Source: Bacteroidota bacterium
GTDB lineage: Bacteria > Bacteroidota > Bacteroidia > UKL13-3
Assembly: GCA_947491825.1 (NCBI GenBank)
Contig: CANLLM010000004.1
Span: 1 to 56,935, forward strand
Length of the DNA stretch: 56,935 nucleotides
Reading direction: 5' to 3'
The translations under genes and the position numbers were made by a program. The notes under the pieces are model-generated. The model was not told the origin of the DNA and did not search any database. It was given only the letters and a program-made list of their open reading frames with translations. Positions 8,316 through 16,834 of the stretch are shown piece by piece. Every line of letters starts with the position of its first letter. Position 1 is the first letter of the stretch.

Positions 8316-11252
8316 ATGAGAATCACTTTACAAAAATTAATTACAACTGTTATAGCCTTAACCATCGGACTAGCAGCTTTTGCGCAAACCGGAAAAATTA
8401 ACGGAAAAGTAATCGATAAGAAAAATGGAGAAGAACTAATTGGTGTTTCGGTTAGTGTAGAGGGAACTTCCTTTGGTGCTTCAACCGACTTAGAAGGGAG
8501 ATTTAATATAGTTAACCTAAAGCCAGGCACATACAACCTAAATCTAAGTTATGTGGGATACATCAAAAAGCAATTGGTTGGTATAGTGGTTAAAGGAGGC
8601 GAATCATCAACCATCAATGTGGCATTAGAAGGGTCGTCAAAAGAATTGAGTGAAGTTGTAGTACAAGGTGAATTGAAAAAAGAAAGTGCCAGTGCATTAT
8701 TAATTCAACAAAAAAATTCAGTTACAGTCTCTGATGGTATTTCAGCTGATGTAATAAAAAAATCACCAGATAATACCACTAGTGATGCAATGAAACGTAT
8801 TAGTGGTACATCAATACAAGATAATAAATTTGCGATCATACGTGGTTTGAACGACCGTTATAATTCAGCATATATTAATGGTGCACCCCTTCCTAGTACT
8901 GAATCTGATCGTAAAGCATTTTCATTTGATATTATTCCTTCTAACATGGTCGATAATATGGTGATTACCAAATCAGGGTCTCCAGATTTGCCTGGTGATT
9001 TTACCGGAGGATTAATTACCATCAATACCAAAGACATTCCAGAAAAAAAATTCATTTCAGTGGGTTTTGGAACCAGTATTAATAGTATAACTACTGGGAA
9101 AAGTGGAATACAATCTACAACAACTGGCAAAACTGATTGGCTTGGTCTTGATGATGGAACGCGTAAAGTTCCCACAGATATCGCAGGACGTGGATTTTAC
9201 CATACTCAAACTATAGCTGAAAAAGCAGCGGCAAGTCAAAAATTTCAAGACAATTGGAGTACTAATCGCATATCATCACTTCCATTAAATTACTCCTTAC
9301 AAATTGCTGGTGGTAACATGTTTAAGTTTGGTAAGAAAAATGAGTTTGGATATATTTTATCTGGTTCATACAATAATAGTTACCGAAACACCTCCGTAGA
9401 TAGAAACAGATTCAATAAACCCATGATTGGGGATGAAAATCAGTTATTATCATCTTATACTGATGAAACAACAAAACATGAATTGCTTACAGGTGCTATG
9501 GCTAACTTTGGATTAAAGCTAAACGGAAATCATAAGTTTAGTTTTAAAAATGCTTACACCATCAATACAGAAAATGTTGCTCAAATAAGAACTGGGATTG
9601 ATAGTTATTTAGATGAACAAGTACCATTGGTTAAGAACACTTATCTATCTTATCAACAAAACCAATTATTTACTTCTCAATTAATAGGTGAACACTTTTT
9701 AACTAAATCGAAGCTTAAAGTAAAATGGGTGTTGAACTACAATAAAATTAAAAGAGATATTCCTGATTTTAGAAGGTTCTCTACACGTTCAACATTAATG
9801 GATCCTTCCACAGGTGAGTACACCCCTTATGGAGCTCAAGTATCAAATAGTATTGATATTACCCAAACGGGCAGGTTCTTTTCTACCTTAGATGAAAACA
9901 TCAAAAGTGCTGGCGCTGACTTTCAACTACCTATCGGTTTTTTTACAGGAAAAAAAATAAAAACAGTTGTTAAGGTTGGTGGATTCATTCAACAACGTAA
10001 AAGAGACTTTCAAGCACGTGCTTTTGGTTATCGTCTGCGTTTTGTTAGCGATCCCAATAGCGTGTACAATTACCAAAAATTTATACAGGGTAACCTTGAT
10101 ACCTTATTTAGTAAAAATAAGTTAAATGATACATTATATATTGACGAGGATTTTAGACCTCAAGATGTATATTCAGCTGAGTCGAACCTAAAGGCAGCTT
10201 ATGTAATGTTTGATCAACGTATGTTTAGTAGGTTTAGGGTGGTTTACGGTGCTCGTTTTGAATCATACCAGCAAATATTAAATACGTTTGAGTTAAATCA
10301 ATCACCACCAAAACCATTAACTATCGATACCACATTTAACGATATTCTTCCTTCGATTAACCTTACTTATGAGTTAACAGAAAAAGTTAATTTACGTTTA
10401 TCTGGTTTCAGAAGTTTGGCCAGACCTGAATTTAGAGAATTAGCTCCTTTTGCGTTTTATGATTTTAACCTGAATACCACCGTTAGTGGTAAGCCAAATT
10501 TGGCCCGCACAAGGATCAACAATTATGATTTTAGGTTTGAGTATTTCCCTGGCGAAGGGCAATTGATTTCTGGATCATTGTTTTATAAAGAATTTACCAA
10601 TGCCATAGAAAGCTTAAATGAATTACCAGGAAGTGATCCTCTGCTCTCTTATACAAGTGATGCAAATGCAACCAATTATGGCTTAGAGGTTGAAATCAGA
10701 AAAAACTTTGACTTTTTGGATAAGTTATTTGGCACCAAATTGTTGTTTAGAAACTTTATTTTCACCATGAATTATGCACGTATTTTTTCAGAGGTTAAAA
10801 TTGAAGGATCAGCTGCAGCTGCAGGTATAGGAACCCGTCCATTGCAGGGGCAATCACCAAGCATTATCAATTCAAGTATACAATACTATAATCCCAATAG
10901 TGGTTTGTCGGTTGCCATATTTGTTAACCGTGTAGGTAGACGTATTGCATTTGTAAGAGAAAAAAATGGCTTGATTCCTGATTTATGGGAGAATCCTAGA
11001 ACTGTGGTTGACCTTTCTATCGCACGTAAAATTTACAAAGGGTTAGAGGCTAAATTCACTATTGGTGATTTATTGGCTCAAGACTTAATATTTTACCAAG
11101 ACAACAACAAAAACGGTAAATTTGATGATGTAAGCATTAAACAACGTATAGACTCAAATATTCCAGCATCGGTAAAAGCAAATTTCGACAATACTGTTTA
11201 TCGCTTTACCAATGGTTACAATGTTAGCATTGGAGCAAGCTATAAATTCTAA
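8316..11252 (+). CDS. TonB-dependent receptor (N-terminal carboxypeptidase-regulatory-like domain, plug, beta-barrel)
   Basis: Signal peptide from ATG 8316 (the GTG at 8277 lies upstream of the -7 element); GKVIDKKNGEELIGVSV, plug motif SDAMKRISGTSIQDNKFAIIRGLNDRYN, LARPEFRELAPF, NYDFRFEYFP, C-terminal ASYKF. Confidence 0.92.
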   Translation: MRITLQKLITTVIALTIGLAAFAQTGKINGKVIDKKNGEELIGVSVSVEGTSFGASTDLEGRFNIVNLKPGTYNLNLSYVGYIKKQLVGIVVKGGESSTINVALEGSSKELSEVVVQGELKKESASALLIQQKNSVTVSDGISADVIKKSPDNTTSDAMKRISGTSIQDNKFAIIRGLNDRYNSAYINGAPLPSTESDRKAFSFDIIPSNMVDNMVITKSGSPDLPGDFTGGLITINTKDIPEKKFISVGFGTSINSITTGKSGIQSTTTGKTDWLGLDDGTRKVPTDIAGRGFYHTQTIAEKAAASQKFQDNWSTNRISSLPLNYSLQIAGGNMFKFGKKNEFGYILSGSYNNSYRNTSVDRNRFNKPMIGDENQLLSSYTDETTKHELLTGAMANFGLKLNGNHKFSFKNAYTINTENVAQIRTGIDSYLDEQVPLVKNTYLSYQQNQLFTSQLIGEHFLTKSKLKVKWVLNYNKIKRDIPDFRRFSTRSTLMDPSTGEYTPYGAQVSNSIDITQTGRFFSTLDENIKSAGADFQLPIGFFTGKKIKTVVKVGGFIQQRKRDFQARAFGYRLRFVSDPNSVYNYQKFIQGNLDTLFSKNKLNDTLYIDEDFRPQDVYSAESNLKAAYVMFDQRMFSRFRVVYGARFESYQQILNTFELNQSPPKPLTIDTTFNDILPSINLTYELTEKVNLRLSGFRSLARPEFRELAPFAFYDFNLNTTVSGKPNLARTRINNYDFRFEYFPGEGQLISGSLFYKEFTNAIESLNELPGSDPLLSYTSDANATNYGLEVEIRKNFDFLDKLFGTKLLFRNFIFTMNYARIFSEVKIEGSAAAAGIGTRPLQGQSPSIINSSIQYYNPNSGLSVAIFVNRVGRRIAFVREKNGLIPDLWENPRTVVDLSIARKIYKGLEAKFTIGDLLAQDLIFYQDNNKNGKFDDVSIKQRIDSNIPASVKANFDNTVYRFTNGYNVSIGASYKF

Positions 11253-11277
11253 ATAACAACCTAATTTTACAGAATAT

Positions 11278-11299
11278 AAAGCCCTTCAAAGGGCTTTTT
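11278..11299 (+). terminator. Intrinsic terminator after the TBDR
   Basis: AAAGCCCT-tcaa-AGGGCTTT followed by TT. Confidence 0.75.
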
Positions 11300-11396
11300 C
11301 TGTATAGTTAAGTTAGATATTTAATTAATCATACTTCTTTTATGCTAGTTATTGATTCCTACTTCACCGCGAATTGAAACCCATACTTACCAAACC

Positions 11397-11452
11397 TTAA
11401 CTTTTAATTAATATTAAAGTAAGCATTACTAAATATACTGCATTTAATTTTG
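11397..11452 (+). promoter_or_regulatory. Three 11-bp-phased hexamers plus -7 promoter element of the T9SS beta-helix gene
   Basis: TTAACT 11397, TTAATA 11408, GTAAGC 11419; TAATTTTG at 11445-11452; same 26-bp box-to-(-7) distance as the TBDR promoter. Confidence 0.6.
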
Positions 11453-11468
11453 TGCAAAACTTATATAT

Positions 11469-14400
11469 ATGAAAAAACTCAACTTATTATTGATTACCTT
11501 GGTTTTTGCTGTAAGTGCAGTATTTGCGCAAAAGGTAAGGACCATTTCTGGTAGTATTACCAATGATGTTACTTTCTTCAACGATACCATTTATACTTTA
11601 GATGGTTATGTTTTTGTTAAAAACAATGCAACACTTACCATTCAACCAGGTACCATTGTTAAAGGTAAAGCCGGTAATAAATCTACATTGATTATTACCC
11701 GTAATGGTAAAATTAATGCAAATGGTACGTCTAATCAACCCATAATTTTTACATCTGAAAAGCTGGCTGGCCAACGTGCAAAAGGTGATTGGGGCGGTTT
11801 GGTAATTTTAGGTAAAGCGATACTTAATCGTCCTACTGATTGCTCAACTTGTCCAGGTTCTGCAATTGCTGCTAACGAGGCAGGAATACAAAATGCAATA
11901 GAAGGTGATATTGACAATGCAAACGGTGATGGTTTATACGGAGGCACTGATAGTACTCACAATGCAGGTATTTTAAAATTTGTTCGTATAGAATTTGCTG
12001 GAACGGTAATTACACCAGGTAACGAAATCAATGGATTAACCATGGGTGCTTTAGGTTCAGTTACTACCATTGAAAATGTTCAGGTTTCATTTGCTGATGA
12101 TGACGGATTTGAGTGGTTTGGTGGAAGTGTAAATGCAAAATGGTTAGTTTCTAACCGCAACGTAGATGACGACTTAGACGTAGATTTTGGTTTCAAAGGT
12201 AAAGTACAATTTGCCATCGTATTGCGTGACTCTAATCTATATGATATTGGAAGTGGTCCAACTACAAATGGTTTTGAATCAGACAATGATGGATCAGGAT
12301 CTGAGGCTAAACCATTTACCGACCCAACATTTTCAAATGTTACTGTAGTAGGTCCATTAGCTAACGGAACTGCATTAAGTACAGCAAACTCATTCCAAAA
12401 CGGAGCCCGTATCCGCAGAAACTCATCAACCTCTATATTCAACTCTATTATCATGGGCTACCCTGATGGATTGTTTGTAGATGGTACCCGTACAGGACAA
12501 AAATTTGCCACTGATTCAATGATGTTCCGCAACAATATTTTAGCCGGTAACTTAAGAGCTGTAAACAACACTTCATCTAATGTTGCTACTGTTAGATCTA
12601 ATATTTTTAGTCAAGGTACTGATTCTTTGTTTTCTGCAAATGGCGTGTTAACAAACGCTTTTAACTATACCAATCCTAATTTTTTACCTGCTACTGGTTC
12701 TGTTGCTTTATCAGGTGCTGCATTTACAGCCCCTCGTATAGCTGATAGTTACTTTACACCAACTACATACCGTGGTGCTATGGGTACTGATGATTGGACA
12801 AAATGCTGGTGTAACTTTAACCCAAATGCAGCCAATTATGATATAGCTCCATTGAATAACTTCGTTCCTGTTGTCGATGCAAGTAATGATACAACCATTT
12901 GTATTGGTAAAACCGTAACAATTGGTAAAGATTTGGGACTAGTAGGTTACAGCTATTCATGGTCTCCAACTGCGGGTTTAAGCAATGCAACAATTGCTCG
13001 CCCTGTTGTAAATATTAATACAACAACCAAATATTTTGTAACAGTAACAGACAATGCAACTGGTTGCAAAAAAACAGATAGTATCACTGTAACGATTTCT
13101 CCATTGCCGACTGTTGATTTCAGTTCATCATTAGGTTCAAATGGTTCGGTTTCTTTCTTAAATGCTTCTACCAATGCTGCAACTTACAGCTGGACTTTTG
13201 GCGATGGGGGAACTTCAACTGTTGCTAACCCAACTAGACAATATTCTACAAATGGAACTTTTCAAGTAAAACTAATTGTAACAAGTGCAAACGGATGTGT
13301 AGCACAAACAATCAAACAAATTGTAGTAACAGGTATTAATTCTCCGGTTAAAGCATTATCAGGTGAGATTACAACAAATACCACTTTATTCCGTGATACG
13401 ATATATACCTTAAATGGTTACGTGTTTGTTAAAAACAATGCAACATTAACCATTCAATCAGGTACCATTATTAAAGGTGGTGCAGATAAAGCATCGTTAA
13501 TCATTACCCGTAATGGTAAAATTGAGGCAAATGGAACTAAAAATCAACCTATTGTTTTCACTTCGGCAAAAGCTGCTGGTCAACGTGCCAAAGGTGATTG
13601 GGGAGGTTTAATCATTTTAGGTAAAGCCAAAGTTAATCGTCCTACAGATTGCTCAACTTGTCCTGGTAGTGCAATTGCTGCTAATGAGGCAGGTATACAA
13701 AATGCAATAGAAGGTGATATAGATAACGCAAATGGCGATGGCTTATATGGTGGTAATGATGATACGCACAATGCTGGTACTTTAAAATACGTTCGTTTAG
13801 AGTTCGGAGGAACAGTAATCACCCCAGGTAACGAAATCAATGGTTTAACCATGGGTGCTTTAGGTTCAGCTACCACATTAGAAAATATTCAAGTATCCTT
13901 TGCTGATGATGACGGATTTGAGTGGTTTGGTGGTAATGTAAATGGTAGAAACTTAATTTCATTCCGTAACGTAGATGACGATTTAGATGTTGATTTTGGA
14001 TTTTCTGGTAAGGTACAAAACGCCATTGTTTTGCGTGACTCTAATCTATATGATATTGGAAGTGGTCCAACTACTAACGGTTTCGAATCTGACAATGATG
14101 GATCAGGAACAGAATCTAAACCATATACTGATCCAACATTCTCTAATGTTACAGTTGTTGGCCCATTAGCTAACGGAACTGCATTAAGCACATCAAACTC
14201 ATTCCAAAACGGAGCTCGTATCCGCAGAAACTCATCAACCTCTATATTCAACTCTATTATCATGGGCTACCCTGATGGATTGTTTGTTGATGGTACCCGT
14301 ACAGGACAAAAATTTGCCAATGACTCTATGATGTTCCGTAACAATATCTTGGCTGGTAACTTAAGAGCTGTTAACAATAGCTCTGCTAATGCTTCATCTG

Positions 14401-15473
14401 TAAGGGCTAGCATTGTTGCTAACGGTTGCGATACATTAACCTCAGCAAATGGTGTGTTGGGAAATCCATTCAACTATACCAATCCTAACTTTGCTCCAGC
14501 TCCAAGTTCAATTGCATTATCTGGAGCAAGCTTTACAGCAAATCGTTTAAATGATCCTTTCTTCAAGCAAACTTCACATAGAGGTGCTTTAAGTGCTAAT
14601 CCTGATAGCAACTGGACAGACTGCTGGTCAAATTTCGACCCGCAATTAGAGGGATATACATCTGCTCCATACAATAGACCAGGTGCTTTAGCCGGATTTA
14701 CAGCAACAAACGGAACTGGTAGAACAGTAAACTTTACAAATACTTCTTCAAATGCAGTAGCCTATTTCTGGAACTTTGGTGTTACCAATTCAACAACTGA
14801 TACCAGTGTTGCAGCTAACCCTTCATTTGTCTATCCATCAAACGGAAGTTATAATGCTACCCTTACAGCCTTAAGTCCATGTGGTAAAGCTACTTTTGGT
14901 GTAACTGTTGTAGTAAACGATGCTTCTTCTAACCCGGTTGCTGATTTCACATATGTGCAAAGCGCAACAACTGGTTCACGTGAGTTTACTTTCACTAATA
15001 CTACTGACGAAAAAGGATTTGTAACTACTTACCGCTGGGATTTTGGAGTAGCGTCTTCATCAGCTGACACTTCAACAGTTAAAAATCCGGTGTTCAATTT
15101 CCCTGCTAGTGGATCTTACACGGTTACTTTAATTGCAACAGGTACTGCTGGTGCTGATACCATTAGTAAAGTGTTAAATGTAACTCCAGTAGGTATTAAA
15201 GAAATTTCTTCTACAATTAGTAACGTAACATTGTATCCAAATCCAACTTCAAACATCACCAACGTTTCGTTTGATTTAACTGAGAATACAAATGTTGCCA
15301 TTAACTTATATGATATGAGCGGAAGACTTGTAAAAGCAATTCCAACTCAATACTTAACTAGTGGTAATAACAGCATAGCTATTGAAACATCAGAAGTAAA
15401 TGCAGGTGTATACTTTGCAAACATTACTACCGATAAATTTAGCAAGACATATCGTTTGGTGATTATTAAATAA
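11469..15473 (+). CDS. T9SS-secreted protein: two tandem beta-helix domains of the TBDR-associated family, an Ig/SprB-like repeat, three PKD domains and a T9SS type A CTD
   Basis: Signal VFA|Q; duplicated GDWGGLxILGKA...EFxG...NEINGLTMG...DDDGFEWFGG...DDDLDVDFG...GFESDN domains 1809-1812 nt apart; PKD motifs YSWTFGDG, YFWNFG, YRWDFG; CTD LYPNPTS...GVYFANI...LVIIK. Confidence 0.88.
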   Translation: MKKLNLLLITLVFAVSAVFAQKVRTISGSITNDVTFFNDTIYTLDGYVFVKNNATLTIQPGTIVKGKAGNKSTLIITRNGKINANGTSNQPIIFTSEKLAGQRAKGDWGGLVILGKAILNRPTDCSTCPGSAIAANEAGIQNAIEGDIDNANGDGLYGGTDSTHNAGILKFVRIEFAGTVITPGNEINGLTMGALGSVTTIENVQVSFADDDGFEWFGGSVNAKWLVSNRNVDDDLDVDFGFKGKVQFAIVLRDSNLYDIGSGPTTNGFESDNDGSGSEAKPFTDPTFSNVTVVGPLANGTALSTANSFQNGARIRRNSSTSIFNSIIMGYPDGLFVDGTRTGQKFATDSMMFRNNILAGNLRAVNNTSSNVATVRSNIFSQGTDSLFSANGVLTNAFNYTNPNFLPATGSVALSGAAFTAPRIADSYFTPTTYRGAMGTDDWTKCWCNFNPNAANYDIAPLNNFVPVVDASNDTTICIGKTVTIGKDLGLVGYSYSWSPTAGLSNATIARPVVNINTTTKYFVTVTDNATGCKKTDSITVTISPLPTVDFSSSLGSNGSVSFLNASTNAATYSWTFGDGGTSTVANPTRQYSTNGTFQVKLIVTSANGCVAQTIKQIVVTGINSPVKALSGEITTNTTLFRDTIYTLNGYVFVKNNATLTIQSGTIIKGGADKASLIITRNGKIEANGTKNQPIVFTSAKAAGQRAKGDWGGLIILGKAKVNRPTDCSTCPGSAIAANEAGIQNAIEGDIDNANGDGLYGGNDDTHNAGTLKYVRLEFGGTVITPGNEINGLTMGALGSATTLENIQVSFADDDGFEWFGGNVNGRNLISFRNVDDDLDVDFGFSGKVQNAIVLRDSNLYDIGSGPTTNGFESDNDGSGTESKPYTDPTFSNVTVVGPLANGTALSTSNSFQNGARIRRNSSTSIFNSIIMGYPDGLFVDGTRTGQKFANDSMMFRNNILAGNLRAVNNSSANASSVRASIVANGCDTLTSANGVLGNPFNYTNPNFAPAPSSIALSGASFTANRLNDPFFKQTSHRGALSANPDSNWTDCWSNFDPQLEGYTSAPYNRPGALAGFTATNGTGRTVNFTNTSSNAVAYFWNFGVTNSTTDTSVAANPSFVYPSNGSYNATLTALSPCGKATFGVTVVVNDASSNPVADFTYVQSATTGSREFTFTNTTDEKGFVTTYRWDFGVASSSADTSTVKNPVFNFPASGSYTVTLIATGTAGADTISKVLNVTPVGIKEISSTISNVTLYPNPTSNITNVSFDLTENTNVAINLYDMSGRLVKAIPTQYLTSGNNSIAIETSEVNAGVYFANITTDKFSKTYRLVIIK

Positions 15474-15492
15474 TAAGGTTTAGGTAAAACAT

Positions 15493-15524
15493 AAAAAAGC
15501 CTCGCAGCAATGCGGGGCTTTTTT
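15493..15524 (+). terminator. Intrinsic terminator after the T9SS gene
   Basis: AAAAAAGCCTCGCA-gcaa-TGCGGGGCTTTTTT. Confidence 0.8.
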
Positions 15525-15540
15525 ATGTTTGGAATTTCTG

Positions 15541-15676
15541 GGGCGTTCTCCCGAGGTTACGCTTCACTCCACTCGGGATTGCGCTGCGCTTCTCCCAGGT
15601 TACGCTGTGCTTCACTCGGGGTCGGGTGTTCCGCTATACTATGCTGCGCTTCGGTGTCGCTGCACCCCCTAACGCG
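15541..15676. repeat. GC-rich palindromic dispersed-repeat-like element with an internal tandem duplication
   Basis: TCTCCCGAGGTTACGCTTCACTCCACTCGGG (15547-15577) recurs as TCTCCCAGGTTACGCTGTGCTTCACTCGGG (15591-15620); GC content is far above the flanks. Confidence 0.6.
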
Positions 15677-15692
15677 TGTTTATCGTGAAATA

Positions 15693-16043
15693 CGAAACGT
15701 AGTTCAGCGGAGCTAAATTTTAAATCCGAAAAACGAAAAACGAAATGAGTTGCGCTGAACTTTGTCTTGAAAGTCGGAGACCAAGTTCAGCACACTTAAA
15801 AAGCGTCAGACCTTTGGGTATTATACCCTCCGTGAAGCTCTGCGTAACCTCTGTCAAACTTTGTGAAATTAGTTAGTTGAATTGTTAAGGTTTAATTAAC
15901 TTAAACTCTATAATTACTCTTTAAACGCAATAGCCACTTCGAGTGATTGCTGCAAAGGAGATGAGTTGGGGCAATGATATCGAGAATGGATTGTTAAATT
16001 ATAGTTCTAACCTTCTCTTTTAGCTCCGCTGAACTAGGTTTCG
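15693..16043. repeat. 25-bp inverted repeat pair (MITE-like ends or oppositely oriented REP copies)
   Basis: CGAAACGTAGTTCAGCGGAGCTAAA (15693-15717) versus TTTAGCTCCGCTGAACTAGGTTTCG (16018-16043), 24/25 complementary. Confidence 0.7.
15742..15817 (+). repeat. 76-bp direct repeat, copy 1
   Basis: 64/76 identical to 16423-16498 (last 44 nt 42/44); internal GCTGAAC...GTTCAGC stem. Confidence 0.85.
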
Positions 16044-16069
16044 ATACAATTCGAGTACTCGGGTCACAA

Positions 16070-16311
16070 CAGACGCTAAGGTCTGTGCCTGCTCGAACAG
16101 GCTGTAACTTTGCGAAGCAAACTCCTTTACTCTAATAAACTCGAGACTATGCATCTCTTTTCACTCTGCGAAAAACCTCCTTCCGAACCTTCGGAACCCT
16201 ATGTGGTAAAAAAGAAAACGCAGAGGTGGGTGAATAGTCTTGCGAAGATTCGAGCATAGTCGCATACAAAATTGAGAGCAGGCAGACCATTGGTACAGAC
16301 CGAAGCGTCTG
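16070..16311. repeat. Nested inverted-repeat (concentric foldback) element
   Basis: Pairs 16070-16085/16296-16311 (14/16), 16086-16094/16276-16284 (9/9), 16145-16152/16254-16261 (8/8), 16164-16170/16219-16225 (7/7), inner hairpin 16181-16196. Confidence 0.65.
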
Positions 16312-16422
16312 CTAGCAATGCCAAAGGCATTGGGGAGTGTTTAACTTATGGAACGTAATCAACGTTTGAACGAAAAACTATCGTCTTCCTTTGAAGGAAG
16401 ATAAGAGATGGATGTTTTGTTA

Positions 16423-16498
16423 GAAATGAGCTATGCTGAACTAAGTTTCAGAAATCGGAGACCAAGTTCATCACACTTATAAAGCGTCAGACCTTTGG
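16423..16498 (+). repeat. 76-bp direct repeat, copy 2
   Basis: 681 bp downstream of copy 1. Confidence 0.85.
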
Positions 16499-16771
16499 CG
16501 TTAGCAAAAAAATAGTATAAGCTAATTAAATTGTAACCAACCGTACTGACGCGAAATGCGTCTGACGGTTTTAAATTCAAACTCCATTTAAAAACCAACT
16601 TGGAAAAAAGCGTTTAATTGTTTTAGTTAGCTGAACCAAATTTTAATCATTAGCCCTATGAAAATAACATCACCTTACGCTTTAACTTCGTCTATACCAT
16701 CAAATTTGGTGTGATAAGCGAAGAAAAAATTTGTCTATAAACTAGAACGTTTTCTATTTCGTAACCAAACG

Positions 16772-16800
16772 AAAAAGCCCCACAATCATGTGAGGCTTAT
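16772..16800 (-). terminator. Intrinsic terminator of the M1 peptidase gene
   Basis: AAAAAGCCcCACA-atca-TGTGaGGCTT; U-tract on the minus strand. Confidence 0.7.
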
Positions 16801-16834
16801 TTGCTCTGAATATTTTGTTAATACAATACCTTAA

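Noticed and set aside
11735-14674. Paired minus-strand ORFs (12080-12454 and 13889-14263; 11735-11947 and 13580-13876)
   Set aside because: Antisense shadows that only mirror the internal duplication of the plus-strand gene
15510-15716. 68-aa ORF MRGFFMFG...
   Set aside because: It starts inside a terminator stem and translates palindromic repeat DNA (repeated LRCAS); no protein-like features
15742-16498. CRISPR array
   Set aside because: Only two 76-bp units 681 bp apart, no regular spacers and no cas genes
16659-16715. 18-codon ORF MKITSPYALTSSIPSNLV
   Set aside because: Too short, no motif and no supporting promoter
15525-16771. tRNA, group II intron or known riboswitch in the non-coding island
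   Set aside because: No cloverleaf or T-loop GTTCGA in context, no intron domain V/VI consensus and no recognisable aptamer by eye; an Infernal search is still needed
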